A stretch of 64,000 bases of DNA from Octopus vulgaris (taxonomy: Eukaryota). The notes under the pieces are model-generated. The model saw only the letters and a program-made list of their open reading frames with translations. It searched no databases and was not told where the DNA came from. Of this stretch, positions 1 through 11,224 are shown piece by piece (position 1 is the stretch's first letter; every line of letters starts with the position of its first letter). The position numbers and the translations under genes were made by a program. The stretch spans positions 85,312,001 through 85,376,000 of the forward strand of contig OX597814.1 in the NCBI GenBank assembly GCA_951406725.2, written 5' to 3'.

Positions 1-27
1 CACAACTGGAAGTACTTTGGATCTGCT

Positions 28-170
28 TTAACCCTTTAACATTCAAACTGGCCATATCCAGCCCAAGCATTCTATGTGTTGTTTTTTTTTGGGGTGGGGG
101 GGTTGTTATAAATGGCCAGGTCCAGCCTCTTACATCTACCCCACATTGTCATTCTAAAAATAAGCAATCA
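28..170 (-). mobile_element. piggyBac-type MITE fragment
   Basis: Begins ttaaccctttaacatt. Matches the reverse complement of the right part of the 31379-31583 element. Confidence 0.6.
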
Positions 171-175
171 TATTC

Positions 176-380
176 TTTTACTTGTTTCAGTCATTTGACT
201 GCAGCCACACTGGAGCACCACCTTGAAGTGTTTTAGCCAAACAAATTGACCCCAAGACCTATATTTTTTAAAGCCTAGTACTTACTCTATTGGTCTCTTG
301 TGCCAAACTGCTAAGTTATGGGGATGTAAACACACCAACACCAATTGTCAAATGGTGAGGGGTGACAGACACAAAGACAC
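176..380 (-). mobile_element. SINE family A, 3' half
   Basis: Reverse complement of the 3' half of the 7083-7475 SINE (ttttacttgtttcagtcatttgactgc...). Confidence 0.75.
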
Positions 381-730
381 CCACACCCACAATTTCTCTC
401 CATCTGATTTGAGAACAAGATACTTAATAGATAATATGGTCCTATGGTAGCCTCTAAAAAACACAGAAAACACCTAGGATAGCCACAGCTTAAATGCCTT
501 TGATCAGAGGTTTGGTTAAACATCATAGATATAGTTTAGTCTAAATGTCAGAGCATCAGTGTTGCCTTTGCAGTCCTTACAACTACAGGCTACTACTTGT
601 CAAAATATCTGTGGTTTATAATATATCACCTATCTGCTAGGGGTAGAAGAAACCATCTCACTATATCCACCACAGTATATTTACCTGTTTAGTCTATGAT
701 GATATTAATGTTGATGATTTGTCTTTGCAG

Positions 731-840
731 GTCTGTTGACTGCCACCGTGTCATCAGAGGTATTCAAAGCAGCACAGCCTGCTCTTCTCTACCTAGTCCC
801 TTTTACACTGCTTCCTCTGCTGACTATGGCATACCTCAAG
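731..840 (+). CDS. SPPL3: Signal peptide peptidase-like 3, penultimate coding exon
   Basis: Acceptor tttgcag|731 and donor 840|gttggt. Encodes (G)[36 protein letters not shown], containing the [16 protein letters not shown] motif and closely matching the vertebrate SPPL3 C-terminus as I recall it. Confidence 0.95.
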
Positions 841-1051
841 GTTGGTACCACACTGCATTTATCTACTGCATTTTCACTCATGAATTCATTGGTATCTACA
901 TGTTTAAACTGTGCACATACATATACTCCACATCAAACTATAAGCACAAGTGTAAATCTCAGCACTGATTGTCTTCAACACATACATCACATATGAATGC
1001 TACATGTTTTCCACATACATTAACATCTGTTTCACATATTGTATGTCAGAA

Positions 1052-1095
<44 letters not shown>

Positions 1096-1294
1096 TATAG
1101 AGAGGGAGATAATGATGCAAATAACAAATAAAACTAAGCATCTCTGGATCTTATGTGTTGACTATCTACATGTGTGAATGTGTGTACACATTATGTGGTG
1201 TATATATATGAATACCACACATACTATTTACATAATGTATACATAAATGCTACACCTATATGTTAATGGAGAATTCTGTTTTCTTTGTTGCCAG

Positions 1295-1360
1295 GGTGAC
1301 TTGCGTCGCATGTGGAATGAGCCATTCATCAATAACCAGTCTAGCAAGCTAGAGGTCTAA
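1295..1360 (+). CDS. SPPL3: SPPL3 last coding exon
   Basis: Acceptor ttgccag|1295, phase 0. Encodes GDLRRMWNEPFINNQSSKLEV* (TAA 1358-1360), continuing ...AYLK|GDLRRMW as in SPPL3. Confidence 0.95.
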   Translation, partial: GDLRRMWNEPFINNQSSKLEV

Positions 1361-1407
1361 ACAGCTGTGTGTAGATGGCCAACTACATTATATATACACA
1401 CACACAC

Positions 1408-1457
<50 letters not shown>

Positions 1458-4400
1458 GTATGTATGTATGTATACACCCAACATGGAGGTCTAAATAACT
1501 GTGCGTAGATGGCCAACTACACTATATGCCCACATTCACTGGTTTTTCAGACCACAGATGGATGGTTGGGGATGATCAATGGAGCACAATAACACTGGAA
1601 AAGAAATAACAAGATTTACAGCTTAACAACAGCATCTGAATGTATGAACACATTACACGCATAAACATACACCTGCTGACCTGTGCACTCACACGTGTAT
1701 TTGTGGGTGTTATATATACATACACACACTCACACACACACAAAACGCACATACACTTAACCAAGTCAAGGAAGATAGTGATATAATGTTCTTCTTCCGC
1801 TAGTTGTGGATAAGGTATTCTATGATCTGTGTAATAGTTGGATGAGAACAATACATTCTTACCGCAGCTACCTCTACTACAACTACTACTGATTCAAGAT
1901 TCCCCACCACTACAACTACTATTGCAACTTTATACAGGGACTAATTGAATAGCATTGTTGAGCTGGATAACACAAGAGCTGCACTGCGATATGTTACCTT
2001 TTGAATTTACTCTTTTACCATACACCTGACAGTACACCAGACATCTGTTACGACTATCCCTTGTTTTTCCTGTCAAGAGTTCTATTTTTACTTCCAACTG
2101 AAGTCATTCCTGGTAGAAAAAGAAAAATGGTTTTACCCTTGTCTTGTAATAACTGTTTTTTTTCTGCTGCACTGTTTTCAAACTGTAAATCTAGATTCTT
2201 CCTCCTGTCGCAACTGCCCTCTCCTCTTCCTCATTCCTGCCTCCTATCTGTGCTGCCACCTGCCTCCAACTACTATTTATATTGCTTTTATTTGTATCTG
2301 TACTACTCTGTGATTAGATACCACACAAGAAAGATGGCAGTGTTGGTGTAAGACAGGATTAAAAAAAAAAACAACCAGGCTTTTGAAGAAAGAAAAGATT
2401 TCCTTAGTAAAAATCATGCTCAATACTGGATATGTTGGAGATATTTGCATAATTTTGTTGCCTTCATTTTCACTCAGTTAAGATATTGGCTATCATCTGT
2501 CACCTTGATTGTTGTTGGTGATTGTATGTAAATCATTATTCATTTGATTTGCTTTGGTGGAGAAATGTAAATAGACATGAGATTATACCAAGGCATCTTC
2601 ATATAGCTCTTCAGTTATTGTTTTATCATTGTTAACCCTCATATATGTCAATCTATAAGTGACAGGCTTCTATTATTCCTACTGATGCACAAGGTTGATG
2701 CAGCTATCAACTTATGAATGTTACAATCCTTTTTTAAATCAACACTATTTCCTAGGCTGGACTTGAAATAATACATAACATTCAGTACATTCCTTGTATA
2801 CTGATTGCTTCTTTGACTCTTATTCTCACTGTACTTCAGTTTTCATGATTTTACCATTCTTTTTGTCTAATTTCCTCTGTTCTTTTCTGTTCTTGTAGTC
2901 CGGTTGCTTCTCTGTTCTTTTTACTTCTCATTCTGGTTGTAACAGTTTTGTGGGACATGTTTTCAGTTTTATATTTCCAGACTCCATACATTTCTGCTAA
3001 ACTAAGGCATCATTATCTTATTGAAAATTTAGTCGAAAACAGAAACTTTGAAGGACATACATTGCTATTGTTTCTTTTTTGTCTTTTTTTAAAATTCTAG
3101 ATAAACTTGTATTGTCATTTTAAAGACCCTTCCCCTTTTTTAAAAATATAATTCAACAGATTGAATAGCCTTTTAAACTTTTTTTGAATTCATTAAATAT
3201 TTTATTTTAATTCTACCGCCAAAGCAGACTGTTGTTATTTAAATTTTAATTTGTCATGGTCATATTTTTCCGTTCTTTTATAAATTTTTGATGTAGTTTT
3301 AGATTAAAATTGCCTTCACATTCAACAGTTTTATCTTTGGTAATGACTAATATATAACAATTGCAACTTTAAAGTTAATGATGTGATGTGAAACAGTATG
3401 AGTCAAAGGTTGAAATCAGTAAAGTGCTATATTAAACACCTTTCAGTATTTAATTACATTTCTCTAGATGATACCTACAGAGTTGATTCTGCTCATCATT
3501 ATCTCTGGAGTTGTTAGAATAAGTATTAACCATGCCCTTGGGTTCATTCAATCATCTCTTCCCACTCTGTATTAGTTTTGTGGCTACATAACACATTGTT
3601 TTTGTTTTATAATTACTCTATTGCTGTTTTCTCATATCATATACTAAAACAAAGTTATCATTGCTAATGACTGATAGCGTATCAAGATTGCAACTTATTA
3701 AAGGTGACATGAGAACACACTAGATGGTGTGAAAGGGCTTGAGTCAGGAATTGAAACCATGAGCTCAATTCTTCTATTCAGTGCTCAGCTAACATCTTAT
3801 CACAAGAGCAATACTATTACAGTGATTATGAATCTAATTGATTGGACACATTTATGCAGTTGAGCAAGCCATATCCAATCTCAGTAGTAGCTCTGTATAT
3901 AGATACAAACAAGTCAAGCAATGCAACCACCTGTATGTTGTATACTCAATTTATTGTTTAAAAGGAAGAAAAAAAAAAACTGATGAGAAATTTTTTTTTA
4001 TTGTTTTGTTAAACTTTTACGGTTCTTCCTTGTGAATATTGAATCTAAATCTGCAAAAACCAATTGATGTGCATGCTGACATACATTTAGTAGCTAGTTA
4101 TTCAGCTATTTGATTCAATTGTCTCTGGGGGAATATTATACAGACTATGTCTTGATTTAGAGTTTCCAAATATCAGTCAGAGAGTTACAGTTGTCAATTT
4201 TAATGATTAATTTCAAAATAAAGCAGCAAAGTGAGATTTAAGATAGAACTGTTTCTACTTCAGGTTGTAGCTATCATCCTGTCCCTCTTGTAGATTTCCT
4301 CAATCTCAGTTTACTGTTACAGGTGTCAACTCACTCTTGCTCTCACCTTGTCACTGTCTGTATTAGTTTTTGTGGAGTTATACAATCTTCAAATGACCAG

Positions 4401-5330
4401 TATCTAGACTAGAGGATATTGCTACACTTGCTCTGTGTTCTCAACGGATAATTCACTAATACTTAGCTAAGTCTGGAATATTATAGTCAACCTTGGAATG
4501 TTAGTTGAATCTAAGAATCCTGTCTTCAAGGATTTGAGTTCTTAAACAGCTAATTGATCTCCTTAATTCCATCAACCCAGTAAAATCTCAACTCAGAATT
4601 TTTCATCTCTCCATCACACTTGAGTTTATTGTGTTTGGGGTTTTCCTTTCTCATTTGAGCCAAATTAACTGCCAAGGGCAATGATGCTGTGGTCTAAACC
4701 AGATGCCAGCAGTGGTAGTTCAGCTTCTACTTCCAGTACTCCTCCTCTTCCTCTGTTGAACCATTCTAGAGTGTATGTGGACTGGGATAGATGATACAGT
4801 TGTACATATGTAATGGACAATATAAAGCCAAAACAAATAAAAGGACAGTTTAAAAATTATTTTAAAAAATATTAAAAAAAACCCAAACAAACAAACAAAA
4901 TAAAAACAAAAAATGTATTTAAAAACGAGAACAAAAAAAAATAAAATAAAAAATCTCCTAACATGGTAGTAGCCACCATTGAGTCACTGAAGCCAAGGTG
5001 GCTGCCACTAATGTGCCTCTGGAAACAAGAGACCTACAAAGTTGGAAAGACATTAAACCAAAATCATAGACTTCTTTTTTTACTCTTGCTTGTCAAGATA
5101 TGTTTGTCGTTGTCATTCTCGTTAACGCTGCCAACCACACCACCACCACCACCACCACCACTACTACAACCACCACCACTACTGGCCTGTCAAATTGGCA
5201 GTGTATATGTGCATGTGTGGTTGCTAGAGCAGTGCATCTGCTGACTCTAGTGGACTGATATCATTAGCTCTTTTCATCTTTCTTCATGCCCATCCAATTC
5301 CACATTAAGGATGGCCACACTCATGTCATA

Positions 5331-5336
5331 AATAAA
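5331..5336 (+). promoter_or_regulatory. Candidate SPPL3 polyadenylation signal
   Basis: AATAAA followed ~40 nt later by a GU/U-rich tract (ctgttgttgttgttgctttt), at the end of a SINE-free stretch after the stop. Other AATAAA hexamers occur upstream (~4217, ~4837). Confidence 0.4.
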
Positions 5337-5502
5337 GTAAATTTCAGTGAATTTATACTTCATTATGCATTTATATTTCTGTTGTTGTTGTTGCTTTTAC
5401 CTTTTTTTTGCAGGTGTATTTGTACAGTTGGTTTCTATTTTTTTGTATCAATCCACACAGTACTGTTTATTGATCAAAGCTTCAAGGTTATCATTCTAAT
5501 CT

Positions 5503-5937
5503 ACACAGTGTCATCTACTAGTTAACGTATCTGTATTGGTGTCACAGTACCATCTCTGGTTGACATATCAGTGTGACCATCACAATCCCATCTACTGGAA
5601 CATATCTGTATTGCTCTCACAGTACCATCTACTGGTTGGTATATCTGTGTGACCATCATAATTGCATCTACTGGTCAACATATCTGTGTTACTGTCACAG
5701 TACCACCTACTGGTTGACATATCAGTGTGACCGTCACAATCCTATCTACTAGTCAACATATCTATTACTGTCATGGTAATATCTACTGGTTGACAGATCA
5801 GTGTGACCATCACAGCCCAACCTATTGGCTAATATTAGTGTTATCATTACAGTACCATCTACTGGTCAACATATTGGATTTATGAGCACAGTTCACCCAA
5901 AACCATCTACTGATCAACATATCATTACTATTACAGT
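5503..5937. repeat. Degenerate ~39-bp minisatellite, ~11 units
   Basis: Recurring cacagtaccatctactggttgacatatcagtgtgaccat unit with alternating variants. Confidence 0.85.
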
Positions 5938-6857
5938 CCATGAGAGCATCGATCCAGTTGCTCAACCTGCTAGACAAATCAGTCAAATTTTTCTCCATCA
6001 TATATAAGAACAAGAGATCTAATAGATAATGTAGTCTTATGGTATCCTTAAAAAAAAAGGAAAAGAAAAACAGGATAGTCTCAACTTAAATGCTTTTGAT
6101 CAAAGGATTGGTCAAGGGTTAAACAATGTAGATATAGTTTAGTTTAAATGTCACAGTGTTGTCTTTGCAATCCTTACAGCTGCAGGCTACTACTTGTCAA
6201 AATATCTGTGGTTTATAAGATATCACCTATCTGCTCCTTTGTGTCAGAATTCCTCAATCTCCTTCTAGAACCTTTCAAACTGATTCAGTTTGTTTAGGCC
6301 AATCATGTCAAGTTTTTTCAGCCCAATATGTTGAAATATTAATTACTTTATTAATCATGTTACTGAAAGATCACTTATATGTAAATATGTATTTTACATT
6401 TAGGTCAGAGCTGAGAGATGAACATTTTTATAACATTCCACCTAAAACCCTGTAATGTTCACAACTGTACACCTATCATAGGTTCAATATCTCTGATCCA
6501 GGTGGTCTACTCTATTTCAGAAATAGTGCTGTCATAGAAACAACAATGCTCCAAAGGTGGGAAATGGCCTGCCAGCTCTTTAGCTAACAATCTAACAGTA
6601 CACATGACCCACTCACCAAATTTCACACATCATAGACTATAGATGCTTTCAATTTTTGTGATTAACAAATATATTTAAATGTTTGCATATATGAAATGAG
6701 CTCCACTGCCGAATACGACAAAGCTCAATGTAGGTATCGCACTGGGTTTTTTTATTATGTTACTCATTACTGCTACAAGTCCCCCACCACAAACACATAT
6801 TCATTTATGCTACATATCAATTCAGGCATATGCACGTGCACACACACACACTTGTCA

Positions 6858-7025
6858 TTGTCATCATCATTCTTTAATACCTGTTTTCCATGCTGGCATG
6901 GGTTGGATGGTTTGACCAGAGCTGACAAGCTGAAGAGCTGCACCAAGTTCCAGTTTCTATGGCTGGATGTCTGTCCTAATGCCAACCACTTTAAAGTGTG
7001 TGCTGGTTACTTTTTATGTGGCATT
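6858..7025 (-). mobile_element. RTE-type 3' tail fragment
   Basis: tcatcatcattctttaatacctgttttccatgctggcatgggttgga... is the reverse complement of the 12150-12281 tail. Confidence 0.7.
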
Positions 7026-7029
7026 GGCA

Positions 7030-7082
<53 letters not shown>

Positions 7083-7083
<1 letters not shown>

Positions 7084-7475
7084 GCGTAGGAGTGGGTGTG
7101 TGGTAAGTAGCTTGCTTACGACCCACATGGTTCCGGGTTCAGTCCCACTGCGTGGCACCTTGGCAAGTGTCTTCTACTATAGCCTTGGGCCGACCAAAGC
7201 CTTGTGAGTGGATTTGGTAGACGGAAACTGAAAGAAGCCCATCGTATATATGTATATGTATACACGTGTGTGTATGTGTTTGTCCCCACAACATCACTTG
7301 ACAACCGATGCTGGTGTGTTTACGTCCCTGTAACTTAGCTGTTTGGCAAAAGAGACCGATAGAATAAGTACTAGGCTTACAAAGAATAAGTCCTGGGGTC
7401 GATTTGCTCGACTAAAAGGTGGTGCTCCAGCATGGCCGCAGTCAAATGACTGAAACAAGTAAAAGAGTAAAGAGA
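7083..7475 (+). mobile_element. tRNA-derived SINE family A, near full length
   Basis: A-box-like tgggtgtgtggtaag and B-box-like ggttcagtccc. Related copies at ~16557, 17965, 36580, 42390 and 46937 (+) and at 176, 9670 and 60510 (-). Confidence 0.85.
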
Positions 7476-7769
7476 GTATACATATATATACACACACATA
7501 TATATATACTCACACATCTATATCTATACAAACACACACGCACATTTTACACACAAGTATGTGTGTGCACATTATATGTATATTAATAGTACATGTCTAA
7601 CACATGTACTTATTAACACTGTATTGTCATCATTGTCATGTATCATGCTTTTTGCACTGTACTGATGACAATGATTATGCATGAGTTCTCCTATCAGATG
7701 AAGTCATAGCATTACTTCACTCTGACTTTCATTGTAACACTGTGCCAAATTATAACCAAACATAAATAT

Positions 7770-7985
7770 TAGTTTCAAATTTTGGCACAAAGCCAGCAAT
7801 TTGGTTGAGCAGAAGTAAGTTGATTACATTACTCCACTGCTCAACTGGTACTTATTTTAATGACCCTGAAAAGATGGAAGGTGAAGTTGACCTCAGCAGA
7901 ATTTGAACTCTGAATCTAAAGACAGATGAAATGCCACTAAGCATTTCATCCGGTGTGCTAATGATTCTGCCAGTTTGCCACCGTA
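7770..7985 (-). mobile_element. SINE family B copy (CpG-decayed)
   Basis: Matches 19320-19545 (gatggaaggtgaagttgacctcagcagaatttgaactc). Confidence 0.75.
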
Positions 7986-8442
7986 ATCATACATATAAGT
8001 ATTAACTCAACATCTACACATGTACACACACACACGATTATAAGAAAGGCCGTGATGATGACATCATACCTGCTGATGATGACATTTTTGACCATTGAGA
8101 TGCAAGCACTGCAACACTGATGGAAGAAGTGTGTAGGCTGCAAGGGGAACCATGTTGAAAAATAAACCTCATTTGGTCACATTCTATAAGAGTATCTTGG
8201 CCAACCTATGAACTTTTGATTCAACCCTTGTGTGTGTGTGTGTACATCCATATATGCTGGTACCATGTCAAAAGCACTCAGTCCACGCTGTGGGGTGACT
8301 GGTGTTAGGAAGGGTATCCTGACGTAAAAACCTTGCCAAAACAGACACAAAAGTCTGGTGTAGTCTTCTGCCTGGCCAGCTCCTATCAAACTGTCCAACC
8401 CATGCATGGAAGGCAGACATTAAATGATGATGATGAGATATA

Positions 8443-9661
8443 TTGGGTCATCCCATAAATAATGCAGTTTTTTCAATTGCATGAACTAAAAGTTGATGGG
8501 GGACAGGATAAGCTACCTGCATCAACTTGCTATAAAAGCAGGTAGTAATGTTACCTTATCCTTATTCTTAGTGCAATTTTTGAAGAGTGCAGTTCGATTT
8601 TAACAGTTATTTTTTCAAAGCTATAATAGAAGTGACAAAGGAGCATATTCGGCATATTTTGCTTTATGAGTTCAATAAAGGCAACAATGCAACAGAAAGT
8701 GTGAGGAATATTAATGCAGTACATAAGGATTGGACAATAAGCCTAAGCCAATGTCAATGGTGGTTCCAGAAATTCCGAGCCAGAAACTACAGCCTAGAAG
8801 ACAAGCCTCATCCTGGAAGATCTGTAGATCTTGATAAGGATGTCCTGCAAACCCTGGTGGAACAAAATCCCATCGTAACTGTTGAGAGATTAGCAGAGAT
8901 GCTTGGATTTGGTCATTCAACCATTCATTGACACCTCTGTGCTATCAGAAAAGTCAGCAAATTGAGTCAATGGGTTCCTCACAAACTTTATGAGTCTAAT
9001 CGTGCACAGAGAGTGAATGTGTGCTCTTCTTTGCTGTCACGTCTCATGAATGAACCATTTTTTGGACCAAATAGTGACAGGTGACGAGAAATGGGTTCTC
9101 TTTAAAAATATCAAGTGCTGAAGACTGTAGCTAGGGAAGGGAGAAACATTGGCACTCCAGGCTAAACAAGGTTTTCACCCATCTAAGGTATTGTTATCTG
9201 TTTGGTGGGATATGAAAGGTTTGAGTGGCTTAAGACAGCACTAGAAGAAATGATTATCTTTGGTTTCAAGACAAAATGTGTTCTTCCATCAGGATAATGC
9301 TTGGCCACATACAGCAAGGATGACATTCTAAAGGCTGGAGCAGTTTGAATGAGAAATGCTACCCCACCCACCATATTCGCTAGACATTGCTCCATCTGAT
9401 TATCATTTATTCCACAGTCTTCAAAATCATTTGGACAGAAAAATTATGAATTCTATAGATGAGTCCTGGAGGAGTATTTTTCATCGTGGACAAGTGAATT
9501 TTGGAAGACGGGCCTTGCAAGTGTACCAGATAGATGAAAGAGCGTTGTAGAAAAATGAAGGAGAGTATATTTTAGATTAAAAAAGAACTTAGGTTATCTT
9601 AATTCTGAAAAATAAAAAAAAAACATTAAAAATAAAACACATTATTTATGGGATGACCCAA
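8443..9661 (+). mobile_element. Full-length but defective mariner transposon
   Basis: TIRs ttgggtcatcccataaataatg / cattatttatgggatgacccaa with TA on both sides. Transposase remnants HIRHILLYEF, WFQKFR, WVPHKL, IVTGDEKW, HQDNA and HPPYSLDIAPSDYHLF carry stops and frameshifts. Confidence 0.95.
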
Positions 9662-9669
9662 TATATCAG

Positions 9670-10035
9670 TTACCTTTTATTTGTTTCAGTCATTGGCATG
9701 TGGCCATCTTAGGGTGCTGGTTTGAGGTTTTAGATGAACCGATCGATCTCAATACCTTTTTTCTTTTTTGTGAATGGAGTTGAGGACCAATACTTATTCT
9801 GTCAGTCTCTTTTACTGAGCCATTGAGTTGCAGAGATGTAGACAGGCCTACACTGGTTGTCAAGTACTAAGAGGAGAGACACAAAGACACACATATATCT
9901 ATAGTGAGCTTCTTTCAGTTACTTACGGGTCTTTGATCGACCTGGGGTTTCAATGGAAGACACTAACTAGTTCAAGATGCCATGTAGTGGGACTGAGCCC
10001 AGAACTACATGTTCGGAAGCAAGTTTCTTACCACA
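9670..10035 (-). mobile_element. SINE family A, degraded
   Basis: Reverse-complement similarity to 7083-7475. Confidence 0.65.
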
Positions 10036-10105
10036 TATCCACACATATCCATGCTTGCACCTCTGTGTGTGTATGTGTGTGTGCGCATACATACATATAT
10101 ATATT

Positions 10106-10138
<33 letters not shown>

Positions 10139-10252
10139 ATATATATATATTAATCAATATAGGGTGGCAAAAAAAATTTTGTAGAATTCTTTTGCCACCA
10201 GCGGCCTAGTAGGAAAAAATTAAAATAGTCATAGACCATTTTTAAGTTCAAC

Positions 10253-10572
10253 ATCAACAATAAAGGAACGGCCATAATAGGCCATTCACCCACTAGAAAT
10301 AACAGCCAAAGCTTCAACCGCAAATAAAAGTTAATTCAGTAAACCAGGAGAAAATTTAAAAACATTTACCCTGTAATTTCTTATACGATATACCGTTTCA
10401 TCTGCTGATATACCGTTTCATCAGCAGATGAAACGGTATATCGTATAAGAAATTACAGGGTAAATGTTTTTAAATTTTCTCCTGGTTTACTGAATTAACT
10501 TTTATTTGCGGTTGAAGCTTTGGCTGTTACTTCTAGTGGGTGAATGGCCTATTATGGCCGTTCCTTTATTGT

Positions 10573-10576
<4 letters not shown>
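10253..10576. repeat. Near-perfect palindrome: 157-bp arms, 10-nt loop
   Basis: 10253-10409 is the reverse complement of 10420-10576, with one mismatch seen. Abuts (TA)n. Confidence 0.95.
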
Positions 10577-10614
<38 letters not shown>

Positions 10615-11224
10615 ACAATAAAGGAATATATATATATATATATATTGCACATGCACACACACGCATAAAATAAAAGCATTACTTATCTGGTGGTTGTTAA
10701 TTCCTTTGAATAAACACATATTTACAAAATAACACTATTTTTAAGTGACCAAAAGATATAAAATTATGATCTGAGGACTAGAGTTTTCTCTTAAAGCGCT
10801 CTTCAAACTGGTCTTGTATCATATCGGTGTTCCTTTAATATAAGCAAAATTGAGCTAAGAGGAATCACTTAGAGTGGCAAGTGGCAAGTAATTGAACAAT
10901 ATAGACGAAAAAAAATACTAGTATATGAAATACTATACAACATAAATTCTTGATTTACTAAAACTATCTCCACCTCTTGATGATTTATCATAATTACCAA
11001 ACAAAACTAATTCTGTATGAAAAAGGGAGATAATTTCAAGAATTTTCAGGAAGAGTTACTGAAAAAAGGAGGAGCTGACATTGAAAAGCAACTTAAATGA
11101 AATAGAAGAAAAATTAATAATATAAACAAAACAGAAAAATTTCAAGAAATCTAAATATGGTTAGGTCAATGTATGGAAGAGAGACAGAGGAAAAGTGAAA
11201 GGATGTCGAATAGCCCTATTACAT

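Noticed and set aside
841-996. Read-through part of ORF 736..996
   Set aside because: SPPL3 similarity stops at the GT donor at 841 and resumes at 1295.
4830-4955. Retrocopy poly(A) tail
   Set aside because: Interrupted A-rich tract with no recognisable upstream retrogene or target-site duplication.
7083-7155. tRNA gene
   Set aside because: A/B-box-like head without a clear cloverleaf, continuing into a multi-copy SINE body. The same applies to the heads at 19545 and 21437.
8587-9550. Active mariner transposase or SETMAR-like gene
   Set aside because: Multiple stops and frameshifts, and no SET domain.
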